Of a stretch of 64,000 bases of DNA, positions 40,383-54,569 are shown one piece after another. The stretch is from Chiloscyllium plagiosum (taxonomy: Eukaryota): the NCBI RefSeq assembly GCF_004010195.1, contig NC_057720.1:27613410-27677409 (forward strand). The letters are read 5' to 3'. The notes beneath the pieces are model-generated. The model was given only the letters and a program-made list of their open reading frames with translations, did no database searches and had not been told where the DNA came from. How positions within the stretch are numbered: position 1 is the stretch's first letter; every line of letters starts with the position of its first letter. Position numbers and translations under genes: made by a program.

Positions 40383-41244
40383 TGTAATGAGTGGTAACAA
40401 AGCAGTGGTGACACAAGGGAAAGCATTTGTATGCAATGAGTGATTAGGATGTGAATGCACTACCTGAGTGCAAAGTGGAGGCAGATATATAATCATGGCT
40501 TTCAAAGGGGATCTGAATTATTATTTGAAGAGGAGACATTTGTCGAGTTACAGAGAAAAGGGAAATGACACTGGCTACATGTTCTTGCAGTCAGCAAGCA
40601 TACACGTGGCAGACCAAATAAGCTCCTCATGTGATATAACTATGCTATGATTCTAGGTCTTGCCTACAGACAATAACTGTGTGTTTTCAGCACCACTGAG
40701 ACATGCATAAGAGTACATGAAAGGAAACATTCATCCAAGGACTATTTAATGCCATGGAGATTGATAAAAGAAAACTTGACAACAGAGATCTGTACTGAAT
40801 GCTTGCACTGCTTGACACTTTCATTTGTATCTGTTTTTGTAATTTAACACTGCAGCAATATAGTTTTTCCCAAACTAAACTCCTTAAATTCTAGTCAACG
40901 CCTATTGAATTATTTATTAAAGTTGTGCAATTTCAGTCCTCAAACACTAAATTAATTTGTTTAATACAAATTTTAATAATTGTGTAACCTGGATGATATC
41001 TGAGACTTAATTATATTTTTGGTGAAAATCAGGAATATTACAACACCTTAATGATTTACATTATTACAAAAACTTACCTAAAATCAGGTTACAATCATTT
41101 GAAGTATGTGGAACACATTAATTATGCACTGTTATCAGGAAGAGGAATTACTGCCAAGGGTGACTCTCGTCAGATAGGTATATCTATCATAGAGTACTGC
41201 CTCCATCTAGTGGGGAAATGTGTAATTTTGTTTTACTTCAATAT

Positions 41245-43993
41245 TACTTTGTGGGAAGTGGGTGTCGCTGGCTGGCTAGCATTTATTGCCAATCCCTTGT
41301 TGCCCCTCGAGTAGGTGGTGATGAGCTGCCTTCTCAAACCATTGCAGTCCACCTGCTGTGGGTTGACCCACAATGCCATTAGGGAGGGAATTGCAGGATT
41401 TTAATCTAGCAACAGTGAAAGCACGGTGATATATTTCCAAGTCAAGATGGTAAGTGGCTTGGAGGGGAACTTGAAGGTGTTAGTGTTCCCATATATCTGC
41501 TGCCCTTGTCCTTCTAGATGAAAGTGGTCATGAGTTTGGAAGGTGCTGTCTGAGAATCTTTGGTTAATTTCTGCAGTGCATCTTGTAGATAGTACACACT
41601 GCTGCTACTAAGTGTTGGTAGTGAAGGGAGTGGATGCTTGCAGATGTAATGCCAATCAAGTGAGCTGCTTTGTCCTGGATGGTGTCAAGCTTCTTGAGTG
41701 TTGTTAGGACTGCACTCATTCAGGCGTGGAGAGTATTCCATTACACTCCTGACTTGTGCCTTGTAGATGGTGGACAGGCTTTGAGGAATCAGGAGATAAG
41801 TTACTTGCCACAGTATTCCTAGCCGCTGACCTGGTCTTGTAGCCACTGTGTTTATGTGGTGAGTCCAGCTGAGTTTCTGGGTTAATGATAACCCCCCAGG
41901 ATGTTGATGGTGGGGGATTCAGTGATGGTAACACCTTAGAATGCCAAAAGGTAGTGGTTAGCTTGTCTCTCATTGGTAAAGGTCATAGCCTGACATTTGT
42001 GTGGTGTGAATGTTACTTGCCACTAGTCAACCCAAGCCTGTACATTGTCCAGATCTTGTTGCATTTGAACATGGACTGCTTCGATATCTGAGGAATCACG
42101 AATGGTACTAAATATTGTGCAATCATCGGTTCACATCCCCACTTGTAACCTTATGTGGGAGGGAAGGTCATTGATAAAGCATCTGATGGTTGGGCCTGAG
42201 GACACTACCCTGAGGAACTCCTGCAGAGATATCCTGCAGCTCAGATGACTAACCTCCAACAACTGCAACCATCTTCCCATGTGTCAGGTATGACTCCAAC
42301 CACCAGAGAGTTTGCCTGCTGATATCCATTGATTCCAATTTTGTAGGGCTCCTTAATGCCGCACTTGGTCGAATGCAGTCTTGACGTCAAGGCCTGTTAC
42401 TCTCTCCTCACCTCGGGAATTCAGCTCTTCTGTCCATGTTTGGACTAAGGCTGCACTAGGGTCAGGAGCTGAGTGGCCCTGGTGGAATCCAAATTGGGCA
42501 ATACTTAACAGGTTATTGCTGAACAAGTGTTGCTTGATGTCACTGTTGATGACACCTTCCATTACTTTCCTGATAAGCAAGAGTAGGCTGATGGTATGGT
42601 AATTGGCTGGGTTGCATTTGACCTGCTTTTTATGTACAGGACATACTTGGGAAATGTTCCACATTGTCAGGTCAATACAAGTGTTGTAGGTATACTGGAA
42701 CAGCTTTGCAAAGGAACAGCAAAGTCTGGTGCACAAGTCTTCACTATTGTTGCTGGAATGTTGTCAAGGCCTGTAATCTTTGCAGTATCCAGTGGTTCTA
42801 AACATTTCTTGATGTCACAAGTAGTGAATCAAATTGGCTGAAGATTTGTGTCTGTAATTGTGGGAACCACTGAAGAAGGCCGAGATGGACTGTAATGTAA
42901 TCTAATCTAATCTAATCTAATCATGCACTCGGCACTTCTGGCTGAAGATTGCTGTGAAAGCTTCAGCTTTATCTTTTGCACTGTGCTGGGCTCTTCCAGC
43001 GTTGAGGATGAGAATATTTGTGGAGCCTCCTCCAATGAGTTGTTTAATTATCCACCACCATTCACGACTAGATGTGGCAGGACTGCAGAACTTAGATCTG
43101 ATCCATTGGTTGTAGGATCGCTTAGCTCTGTCTGTCACTTGATGCTTATGCTGTTTGGCATGCAAGTAGTCCTATTTGGTGGCTTCACAAGGTTGACATC
43201 TCATCTTCAGGAATGCCTGCTGCTCCTGGCATGCCCTCCTGCACTCACCAGTGAACCAGTCTTGATCCCCTGGCTTGATGGTAATGGTTGAGTGGGGGAT
43301 ATGCTGGGCCATGAGGTTACAGATTGTGCTGGAGTACAATTCTCCTGCTGTTGATGGCCCACAGCAACTCACGGATACCCAGTCTTGAGCTGCTAGATCT
43401 GTTCGAAGTCTGTCCCATTTAGCACAGTGATAAGAGTCGCAGAACACGATGGAGATTATGCTCAATGTGAAGGTAGGACAGCATCTCCACGAAGACTCTT
43501 ACTGATACTGTCATAGACAAATGCATCTGCAGCTGGCAGATTGGTAAAAATTAGGTCAAGCATAGTTTTCCATATTGGAACCTATTGGTTCTCTCACCAC
43601 CTGCTGCAGGCCCAGTCTAGCAGTTCTGTCCTTTAGAATCCAACCAGCCGATCAGTGGTGCTGCTGCCAAGTCACTCTTGGTGGTGAACATTGAAATCTC
43701 TCACCCAGGGTACCTTTTGTTCCTTTGCCATCCTCAGTGCTTCCTGTGAGTGTTAGTTTAATATGGAGAAGTACTGATTCATCAGCTGAGGGAGGATGGT
43801 TTGTGATAATCAGTAGAAGGTTTCCTTGCCCATGTTTAACCTGAATCCACGAGACTTCATAGGGTCCAGAGTCAATGTTGAGGACTCCCAGGGCAACTCC
43901 CTCTCGACTGTAAACCACCATGCTGCCATGAGTATGACTATGTCAGGCTGTTGCTTGAGACAGCTGTCCCAATTTTGGTACTAGCCCCCAGAC
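41245..43993 (-). mobile_element. Second LINE family (CR1/L2-group, APE-RT), near-complete decayed ORF2
   Basis: PVHKK..NPANY.TISLL, QFGF.QGHSAPD, LDVKTAFD, and an APE-like N-terminus. Exact clade not determinable by eye. Confidence 0.8.
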
Positions 43994-43994
43994 A

Positions 43995-44570
43995 TTCCCA
44001 CTGCACCACAAGATCCCCTAATAAAAATAGCCTACTCTAATTTCTGAACAGCTACATGCACCCCCACAAACCACCCAATTTGACCACATCCCCCTCCATC
44101 CCACATTCATCAACTCTATTATCCCCTTCCCCCAAACCGATCCAACCCTCAAAGCAAACCTATCCTAACAACCTAATATGACTACCTTCCAGCCACCCAA
44201 TAGTTCTCTCAACCTGACCCAAATAACAACCCCAATGACCCAGTCACTCCCTCCAACCTGACTATCCATTTTCTTAAACACCTCACCCAGCTATTCACCT
44301 CACTCACTAATTGTCTCCATCAATTTACTCACCACACCTTACTCACAACAGTTAAGTCTTAAATATATCCTCTACCCACCTCACCATCTCATTCCCTACT
44401 CACGCCCCACTCGCTCAACTGCCCCTTATCCACATACCCACCATAAAAACCAACCCCGTCCACTTACCTGTATCGTCCACTTACTCCCTATTCAACTTAC
44501 CCAAACCCCTACATCACCTACACTATACACCAACACTTAACCCATACCAATGTATCCATTCACAAACATT
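43995..44570. repeat. C/A-rich, G-depleted low-complexity tract
   Basis: Very few G residues over about 575 bp. Confidence 0.7.
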
Positions 44571-46924
44571 TCAAGTGGACAGTTAAAATTATTATGCAGC
44601 AGCTAGTGCTATAAAAGAGATAGAAAACCTATTTGTCCCTCATCTACTGCCATCTAGTGGAGTTTTCTGAGGGACACAATACTGGGCACTTCAGTCAAAG
44701 CTGCATTTGAAATACCTCACAAAAAATCCACAGGAGCATACAGTCAAGATAATTTATAGATTGGGGTCATTATCTTCAATCCAGCAATATAGCAAGTATA
44801 TTTGCTTTGAGATTTACCGGAACTTGTTTAGAACTTTGGCGTTTGGATTTGTATTCAGTGTTTTGTGAGGTTGTGCACAATTTGCTTGATAGGTGCTTCA
44901 TTTTCATTGGGTCAACAAACAGTTTTGAACACTGCAGTTATTGATCAGAAACAAAGGGCTGAACCTTTTATTTTTTGGCTAAATGTGGTTAAGAGGAGTG
45001 ATTTGAGAGGATTTCACTGAGAAACCCAGCAATATTTCACACAGTATTTTACTGACATACCTCATTAATTATCTCTCCAACCCCTATGATATTCCTCAGG
45101 TCCTGTCCTGTACACATCTTATCACATACCATTCCTGGAACAATTCGCCACTCAGCAGATCCCTGCCCAAAGACCAACATTCCTTGCAGACACGCCAACT
45201 TTGACAGGCTGCTGTTCACGCAGATCAACATTAACAATCTGACATTGGCCCTCATTGGCAGTGTAATGGCACATTGGACAAAAGCTAAGCTGCCCAGAAC
45301 ACATGGTGGCATGGCTGAGAGCCCCTCGACCATGTATCCCTATTGTCTTGCCATGGTCACTGTTTAACCACCAAACAGCACACTTTACCTGTTCCTGAAA
45401 ACCTTAAGTCTGTAGATCAGGTCTGAGTATCTCCCACTGCTTCCCCAGTACCATTGGTCACATGGATCTTGTCATTGACCGAAATGATATGATCAGGCAA
45501 GCATTCAGACAAATCCAAGTAAGAGCTTTTATTGATAGACAGCAAAAAGGCACACAAACGAACTGTAAACAGACTGCAGTTACCAAACATCACTCAAACC
45601 AAATACTGGCATTCTTGATCTTGACATTCATTGATGGTCCTCTGTACTCAGCTTTCATCTACAAGAATGGTATGTCACTCAGGTCCTGTGTGCCTTGTAG
45701 CACCCAATGCAGTTGAACTCTGTCTTCTACACAAAGAGGTCCTTCCACTTGAATGTCCTCACCCTTTCCCTCAGGAGACTGTTCGCATCTTCCAGTTCCT
45801 AGTACCTTTCACATTGCCTTGTTGCTTGCTCTGATCATCAGATCACACCACACCAAGGTGGTATAGCACACTGTGCCAGGACTATGCTTGAAAGGTATCC
45901 CTGGCCACTTCAAGCTGTGAAACTGGACCTTCAACATCCCTATTTTCTGATCCACTATGATTTTGGTCATAGCATGTACACCAGTTTGGTGAAGGTACCA
46001 CACTGGCTGAGTAACAAATGGTTTATATCTGAAAGGTAATGCCTGTTGGCACTCCAACCCCTTCCCAACCCAAACCTACCTTAACCATTTCACTCTCTAT
46101 TGCATTCATTACAGGCTATGTAACAGATGCAGCTGGGTGGCAACAATCGGTTGATTAGTCTATGAACTAGTGACCACATCAATTGCAGAATCCATTTGCT
46201 TGCCAACAATCATGTAATTGGTGCTCAGGTGACTGAACAGCTTGGGGTGGGAACAGGATAATGAGAAGTATTTTCATCTCCATCAGTACAGAGGTTGTCT
46301 CTGTTGTTTGCAGTCTACACCATTTTAAACTTGAAGAAAACCAGTTCATCTTTCCTTCAATATTTGTTGTAAGCTGTGACTTTTAATTGATAAGTCAGGG
46401 ACCCTTCTATAAGTGAACCAGCCATCTTGTGTCTCTTGCAAACCAATGGAACCAGCCAAAGATGGACAACTAAAATGCAACATTCTGGCCAATATAAGAA
46501 TCATAAGGTTCTCAGCAACTTGTAAATAGAAGCCACCACCGAACTCATCCAGTTTTCCTCTATCCGTGCCAATTTTTCCCTTTTTGTTTGTTTGTCTTTC
46601 ATGCATGTGCTTGTAAGGAGGGACTTGGGGGATTAGAGTTTTAATTAGTGGTGTTATATGCTGGTGTTTTATAACAGTTTAGCAGTAGTTAGGGTATATT
46701 TACTTGCAAAAAATAGTAATTCTTGGTAAGTACTTGGCCTGAGCTCTCTATCAACCTGGTTCTAAAGGTCAGGTAGATTGGGGAATTTTGTGTACTTATT
46801 TTAAAATCTTTACCTTTTGTCACAACTGCAGAGATAGTAAGGCTGGATTTCCAGCATGCTATCCCAGTGAGTCATGAATGTTCAAGCAGTTTTCCAACTG
46901 CATTCAATTTCTAGGGAATGCCAA

Positions 46925-47079
46925 ATGATGGCTGAGTATCGACATGCCATAAGTGAGGGGTGAGGTTGAGAAGGTGGGACCTTCATAGTAACTTCTGCAA
47001 TGTGTCAATTGATCCCATGCCATTGGCATCACTCTGCATCAAAAACCAGCCCTCCAGCCAACTGAGCTAACCAGCCCCT
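46925..47079 (-). mobile_element. tRNA-derived SINE; a related + copy lies at about 18430-18650
   Basis: Minus-strand head ggggctggtTAGCTCAGTTGGctgg. The ccatgaagg..ctcaacc..cctgagg body is shared with the 18430 copy. Confidence 0.55.
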
Positions 47080-48290
47080 ACCCAGAGGGTTGTAGGGATC
47101 TTGAAGTCACTGTCTGAACGTCTGGTGGAAGCAGACACCCTGTAACCGACTGATGAAGAGACCAGGAACTGGAAGCTAGTTCTTTTTGGGCATTTGTATT
47201 AGGCTGTTTTCTGCAGTTTTGTAATGATTTGTTTTATTTTGGTTGAATATTGTATACGTCATTTTAACTAAATACGAATGGCACACCTTGACACTGTTTA
47301 GAAATCATTGCATACTACAGTTTAAAGACTTAGGTTTATTATGCGTGTCAGCTAGTTCTCCTTTTTATCACTGATGTTAACTGGCAGAACGAGTAATCCA
47401 AATTAATTGCAGTGTCAGATGTATCGATCTTGAATTATTAAGGTTTGGTCTTGCTTGACTGTAATCTTTTGAACTGTTTGGATAATTTTATTTGATTAGA
47501 TTGGGGAAAATATCAACCTTTATTCTTTAAATTATGTTGTAAATAAATACAAATCTTCAGAAAACATCTGAATTTTTAAATTATTGTATGCAAATCTTTG
47601 CAATTATAAAGAGCTAAACATGAAAGTCTCCTTTTAATTGCTTTATTTGTCTCAGTTAGATTATTTTACAAGGTAATGACCAGACCATTACATTCCCTGT
47701 CCTGTGGGCAAAGTCATACCACATGCTGGAAGGAATAAATTCCTCACTCATCCATCTACCTTAACAATATGCAGCTTTGCCTGTTCAAACCCTTTTGATT
47801 ATTCAGTTTAAGAGTGAATCTGTTGGTGAGTTTATTGGGTGGGCATTCATGGGTGCATTCAGCACCCAAATATTACATAACAGCTGATATGATGCAAACA
47901 GGTGAAGACCAACAGTTTTATGGAAGAATTTCATCAAATACAAAGCATTCCAGAAGAAGTGGAAAGGGGCAGTATGCAGAGCAAACTGTGTTGGAAGGGA
48001 TAGCATGGGAACAACAAAATGGGGGAATGGGATAATATGAGGGGGAAGGGATCACATAAGAAGAAGGTTGGGAATGAAGGATGATATGATGAAAGGGATG
48101 GTTTGAGCATGGCATAAAAGGGAGCGCTTTGGGAGGATGGAATGGCAAGGGATGGGGAATTTAAATAAATATTGTTGCAGTAAAGTTACTAATTTCACCG
48201 GAAATGTGCATGTCTCTGCTAATTTTTAAATAATAACAGGAATGTAGAAATGTGTGTTCTGAAAACTACATATGTTTCCTCAATGAACAG

Positions 48291-48417
48291 GCAGCAGAAA
48301 GCTTATATTGCCACACAGGGACCACTGGCAGAGACCACAGAAGATTTCTGGCGTATGCTGTGGGAGCACAATTCCACAATTGTAGTAATGCTCACAAAAT
48401 TGCGCGAGATGGGTCGA
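48291..48417 (+). CDS. PTPRF: PTPRF exon, D2: (R)[42 protein letters not shown]
   Basis: AACAG acceptor, GTAAGT donor. 127 nt, phase 2/0. Confidence 0.95.
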
Positions 48418-48677
48418 GTAAGTAATTTGCCTTTGTGCTCCCAACTGTACAATGAAATTATTTACAATGAAAGTCATTTGCTGGTTATTAGCTAAGATAT
48501 TCCATTTGTAATTATGTAAATAGTAGTACAGGTCCCAGGATTGAACTTGACAATGATTTTTTAGATGAGTGAGGTGGTGAAGAAAGAAAGAAAACAAAAA
48601 TATAGAATTAAACTTAGAGCCATCTGACACTGAATGTGTATAACCAAATTGTAACACCTCTTTCGACTAGAATGTGG

Positions 48678-49460
48678 TCATAGAGATCTACAACACAGAG
48701 AAAAGTCCTTTGGCCTATCATATTAGTGCAGGTCAAAAACAACTACCTAATTGTTCTAATATCCCATTTTTCAGCTCTTAGTCCATAGCCTTGTATGCCT
48801 TGGCATTGCACGTTCAGATCTAAATTCTGCTTAAATGAAGGTTTCTGCCTCTACCAACCTTACAAGCAGTGAGTTCCATCTTCCCAGCACCCTCTGGGTG
48901 AAAAGGTTTTTCCTCACATCTCCTCTCAAACCACAGCTCCTTACCTTAAATCTACTCCTCCTGGTCATTGATCCCTCCATTGATTCCAAGGGAAAATGTT
49001 TCTTCCTGTCTACTCTATCTATGCCCCTCATAACCTTCTATATCTCCATCATGTTCCCTTTCAAACTCATCTGCTCTCAGGAAAGCAACCCTAGTTTATG
49101 CAATCCTTGCTGGGCCGAAAGGCCTGTTTCCACGCTGTAAGTAATCTAATTTCTAAGTAATCTAATTTCTTCATAATGGAAATTCCTCACCCCAGGAAAC
49201 ATCCTGCTAAATCTCCTCTGCACTTTCTCCAATGCTATCACATCCCTCCTATAATGTGGATTCCAGAACTGCACGCAGTACAATAACTGTCGCCTAACCA
49301 AAATTTTATACAGTTCCAGCATAGCCTCCCTGCTCTTAAACTCTATGCCTCAGATAATAAAGGCAAGTATACCATGTGCCTCCTTAACCATTTTTCCACC
49401 TGTCCTTATGGCTTAAGGGACTGGTGGACATAGATACCAGTGTTCCTCTGATCCTCTCAT
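48678..49460 (-). mobile_element. CR1 3' fragment with a SINE tail inserted at about 49107-49170
   Basis: MRGIDRVD..FTQRVLGRWNSL. Confidence 0.8.
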
Positions 49461-49551
49461 ACAAAAGGTAAAATTTTAACCAGCTTTTGAAGCAATAAAT
49501 GTAAGTGTGTAGTGTCACCTGTTTAGAGATTAAATTAAACCTGAAAATACT

Positions 49552-50052
49552 TCCTATCAGAAGGATGTTGTGAAACTTGAAAGGGTTCAGAAAAGATTTA
49601 CAAGAATGTTGCCAAGGTTCGAGGATTTGAGCTCTTGGGAGAGACTGGTTAAGCTGGGGCTGTTTTCCCTGGAGCGTCAGAGGCTGAAGGGTGACCTTAT
49701 AGAGGTTTATAAAATCATGAGGGGCATGAATAGGATAAATAGACAAAGTCTTTTCCCTAGGGTGGTGGAGTCCAGAACTAGAGGGCATAGGTTTATGGTG
49801 AGAGGGAAGAGATATAAAAGAAACCTAAGGGGCAAATTTTCATGCAGAGGGTGGTGCATGTGTGGAATGGGCTGCCAAAAGAAGTGGTTGAGGCTGGTAC
49901 AATTGCAACATTTAAAAGGCATCTGGATGGGTATATGAATAGGAAGGGTTTAGAGGCATATGGGCCGGATGCTGCCAGGTGGGAGTAGATTAGGTTGGGA
50001 TATCTGGTCAAGACAGACGAGTTGGACCAATGAGTCTGTTTCTTTGCTGTAC
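49552..50052 (+). mobile_element. CR1 3' fragment
   Basis: LERVQKRFTRMLP..FSLERQRLKGDLIEVYK. Confidence 0.9.
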
Positions 50053-50246
50053 TTGAAAACCTTAAAACAGATTTGGCAATATCGGTGGATAGAGTTAACA
50101 GAGCCGAATGACTCTTGTACTTGCTCCAAAGAAGGGGAGAACTCAAGGGCTTCCAGCATCCACAATATTTTGCTTTTATTTTACTGTTTCGAGGTTTTAT
50201 ATATATTATGCTCAGTGTTGCTGATTCATTCTTTTATTCTCACCAG

Positions 50247-50372
50247 GAAAAGTGCCACCAGTACTGGCCAGCAGAGCGCTCTGCTCGGTATCAATATTTT
50301 GTAGTCGATCCAATGGCTGAATACAGTATGCCACAGTATATTCTGCGGGAGTTCAAAGTAACAGATGCCAGG
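50247..50372 (+). CDS. PTPRF: PTPRF exon, D2: [42 protein letters not shown]
   Basis: CCAG acceptor, GTAAGT donor. 126 nt, phase 0/0. Confidence 0.95.
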
Positions 50373-50670
50373 GTAAGTGTGAGATGTGAGTCATATCAAT
50401 GTTCCTTAATGTTATTCTCGTGTACATACTAATAATGTGATCCACTGTTACAAATATGTTTTGTCTAAAGTATTAATTTGTAATATCATTAGTTAGAGAG
50501 ATAACGATAACCTGGAGAGAAAGATGTGATTAAGAGGAGATGCGAGAGAGAAGATAGGAATAACTATTTAAGTTGAAAAACTAAGAGGGGAGGATCCTCT
50601 TGAGCTTTTGCTATGGCTCCTGAACAGGTAGTAATGAGAAGAGACTTGCCTCAACTCAGGTTCAGCTGCA

Positions 50671-50769
50671 GAGCTGTTTAAGTTTGCTTAAACAATCCCA
50701 CAATTTGAAGAGAGGGATGTGGAGAGATGTTTCATTTCATTTGAGAACATTGCAAAACAAATTAAATGT
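50671..50769 (+). mobile_element. Gypsy-type gag relic
   Basis: Reads ELFKFA*TIPQFEERDVERCFISFENIAKQIK, similar to Gmr1-like gag N-termini as recalled. Confidence 0.45.
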
Positions 50770-51200
50770 TTGATTTGACTTGATTTGTTACTATTGTTAC
50801 ATGAACCGAGATACAGTAAAAAGTATTGTTTTGCATGCTAACCAGACAAATCATACCTTATCTAAATACAACAGGGTAATAGAACAGAATACAAAATATA
50901 ATGTTAGAGCTAGAGAGAAGGTGCAGAGAATGATCAACTCTAATATATGAGAGGTCCATTCCTAAGTCTGAAGATAGAATGAAGGAAGCTGTTCTTAAAT
51001 CTGTTGGTATATACCTTTAAAAGTTCATATCTTTTGTCTGATTGAAGAGGGTGGAAGAGAGTATAATCAGGGTTGGATGGGCCTTTGATTATGTTGGCTG
51101 CTTTCCTGAGGCAGTGGGAAAAGTAGACAGTTTTCCATGATGGGCTGGGCTGCATTCTCAACTCTAATTTCTTGTGGTCTTTGACAAGCTGTGATGCATC
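50770..51200 (-). mobile_element. Rex1/Babar-like LINE 3' fragment
   Basis: CLRKAANIIKGPSNP..LFHPLQSDKRY..TNRFKNSF..RL.N resembles the Rex1 C-terminus. (ATCAA)n-type tail. Confidence 0.65.
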
Positions 51201-51828
51201 CAGAAATTTGAATTCTGCTAATCCCATCTGCCTTTGTTAAATTAAGCTATTATGGCTTTGCAGACACATATGCAAGAGTATAAATGAAAATAATTATCTT
51301 TACAGTGTGTGCTAAGCAACTGTTAAGATTTATGATGATCAAAACTTGTATTTTCAAAGTTGATGCAAAGAAACTATTAGTATTCGGAAGCTTTCCTTTC
51401 TCCAATGGGTGGAAATATAATGAAGATGCATTTTCTAAAATATTAATTGAAAATATGATCAGCCAGATTTATATATATCTCAAACTTTTTAAAATAACTC
51501 TTTTTAAAGCAAAGGACACTGACTGGCTGTGGCATCAAAAATCATTGTGTTTGGGAAGAACACAAGCTTAATTTAACTGGAGTCGCTGAGCAACATTCCC
51601 TCCATGTGCATGCTCATTGACATCCAGTTCCAGAAGTTGCTGTTGGGAACTGACCTCGACGCACTTGCAAAACAAATTAGAGGGGATGCTGTTACTGTGT
51701 TTGCAATGCTTTAGTGGAGTGGTCCCATGACCCAGTTTGTGGGTGTAAAATTATATTGGCTTTGAACAAAATCAGGGAGGAAATGCCCAAGAAAACAAAA
51801 CCTCAGCCCTCCTTTTTCTTTGAGACCC

Positions 51829-52972
51829 CACATAGAACATAGAACAGTACAACACAGAACAGGCCCTTCAGCCCACCATGTTGTGCCAACCATTGATCCT
51901 CATGTCAGGTAAACCTAATGTACGAACCCTCAAATTTCTGTGACCATATGCATGTCCAGCAGTCTCTTAAATATCCCCAATGACCATGCTTCCACAACTT
52001 CTACTGGCAATGCATTCCATGCTCATACAACTCTCTGCATATAGAACCAGCCTCTGACATCCCCTCTATACTTTCCGCCAAACAGCTTAAAACTATGACC
52101 CCTCGTGTTAACAATTTCTGCCCTGAGAAAGAGTCTCTGGCTATCAACTCTATCACTGCCTCTCATTGTCTTGTACACCTCAATTAGGTCCCCTCTCTTC
52201 CTTTTTTTTTCAATGAAAAAGTCTGAGCTCAGTTAACCTCTCTTCGTAAGATAAGCCCTCCATTCCAGGCAGCATCCTGATAAACCTCCTCTGAACCCTC
52301 TCCAAAGCATCCACATCTTTCCTATAATAGGGCGACCAGAACTGGACACAGTATTCCAAGTGTGGTCTAACCAAAGTTTTATAGAGCTGCAACAAGATCT
52401 CACGGCTCTTAAACTCAATCCCCTTGTTAATGAAAGTCAAAACACCATATGCTTTTTAATAACCCTGTCCACTTGGGTGGCAATTTTAAGGGATCTATGT
52501 ACCTGTACACCAAGATCCCGCTGTTCCTCCACACTGCCAAGAATCCTGTCTTTAATCCTGTACTCAACTTTCAAGTTTGACCTTCCAAAATACATCACTT
52601 CGCATTTATCCAGGTTGAACTCCATCTGCCACCTCTCAGCCCATCTCTGCATCCTGTCAATGTCACGCTGCAGCCTACAACAGTCCTCTATACTGTCAAC
52701 GACACCTCCAACCTTTGTGTCATCTGCAAACTTGCTAACCCATCCTTCAATCTCCTCATCCAAGTCATTAATAAAAATTAGAAAGAGTAGAGGCCCAAGA
52801 ACAGAACCCTGTGGAACACCACTCACCACTGACTTCCAGGCAGAATATTTTCCTTCTAGTACCACTCACTGTCTTCTGTTGGCCAGCCAATTCTGTATCC
52901 AGACAGCTAAATTTCCCTGTATCCCATTCCTCCTGACCTTCTGAACGAGCCTACCATGGGGAACCTTATCAA
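51829..52972 (-). mobile_element. CR1 3' portion with (TTCTATG)n tail
   Basis: SGVPQGSVLGP, FADDTK, LVRPHLEYC. Confidence 0.9.
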
Positions 52973-54533
52973 AGTTTGTCAGTTGAAAATGCACCAGAAA
53001 ACCTCACTACTGCAAACTCTCAAAGAAGAGGTCTGTCTACATCACTGTCCCCAGAAAAAGGAACCTCAGTGCCAGTAGCCTGTGTGGAAAGTGATTTTGG
53101 TTGCAGAGTTACAGTTAGGGCAATGTAATAATTCTGTTTTTCTCAATTTAACATTTCTTTGCCGGAGTACGTATCAAACTGCAGGGTGTCATCTTATTTT
53201 TTTCCCCACAACTGGAGGAGTATGTTTGTTATTTTTCAAGAAGCATAATTGGACATAATTGCACATTTTAAACAAATCTCTGAATAAATACTGAATCCTT
53301 GCTTGAGCTAAGGTTTTTTGCAATAAATTAGATTTTTATTTGTCAACTTGAGGAATCTGAATGACTTTGGTTCTGATACTGAGCTTCATATAGTCTAATA
53401 TATAATTGGCAATTATCAGCTCCCTTTTCAAATTTAAACATTGTTATGGCCAATGGAAGAATAGGAAACAGAAAGAAATCAATCCACCCTTTCTAACTTT
53501 GTTGTTGTAATATTCTTGCTTTTTAGATTAAATGTTCACTTATTATGTTCACTTAAGTGAATGAATGGGAATTTTTGAAATGTCAGTGTACCATTGTTTT
53601 GCTGTGTGAAGTTCAAGCCCCACCACTCAAGTTGACAGATTTGAATTCAGTTAAAATCAAGTTATCAGTTGTGGTGACCGCAAAACTACCATTTTCGCAA
53701 TAGATGCTGGACTTGATTGCATTGCCCACATCCAATGAATAGAAAAATCTGTTTTTGACTCCTTTATTGCACTGAGAATTCACATAATCGTTCCAACAAT
53801 TAGAAGAGAATTGCAAGTTGTCTCTTTTTAAATCAAGAATCGTGACCAAAGATATGTGCACGTCAGATCAATAATTTCAAGTTGTACTGTATGTTGAAGA
53901 GTTTTGATAATGATAACACCTTTATTATTGTTATCTACTTTCAGTAGGTCCAGGTGTTTCTTTTAGATTTCCCGCATCATCAATATTTTGTATTTTGCCT
54001 TCTTACATAATTGACAAAATTAATATACTGCACGCAATTACCAGAATATTTTATTGCTAACACAGGTTGCAAAATAAATATATAAAGACAGAGGTTTATG
54101 TAGTTCACAATACTGTCTTGCTGATGTAATATTTTAAATGTGCATTGTTATTGCCACGGTTTTGTGGTGTGCACACCATTCACAAAAGGCATAAATGTCA
54201 TTTTCTGTTGAAATAGCTTAGCTTTATCCTTTGACCATGGAAACGTGTATTACATTTGAAACTAGCAATGAGGCCATAGAGGTGGTGCTGCTGAAGTGGT
54301 ATAAATAAGTGTGTTATCATTTAGCAAAATGATGGCCTCTTAGATATTCCACTTGTTTTCTTGAAGTTTGTGTTAGAACCATAGAAAAGCTACAGCAGAG
54401 AAAGAAGCCATTCAATGCCAATTATTATGCCAGCTGAATAAACTAGCACATCAGTTGAGGATTTCTATCTCAACAGTTGAAACTTTATTGCTGGAACAGC
54501 ACAGCAGGTCAGGCAGCATCCAGGGAACAGGAG

Positions 54534-54569
54534 ATTCGACGTTTCGGGCCCAGGCCCTTCTTCAGGAAT
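54534..54569 (-). ncRNA. Minimal hammerhead motif (family A), intact
   Basis: Minus strand reads ATTC-CTGAAGA-A-GGGC-ctgg-GCCC-GAAA-CG-TC-GAAT. Stem I and stem II pair perfectly. Confidence 0.8.

Noticed and set aside
45330..46900. Possible LTR-retrotransposon relics
   Set aside because: LTR-like composition, but no recognisable protein motif, paired LTRs or TSD.
47149..47182. CTGATGAAGAG..GGAAGCTAG as another hammerhead
   Set aside because: No GAAA, no convincing stem II, and no pLTR tail.
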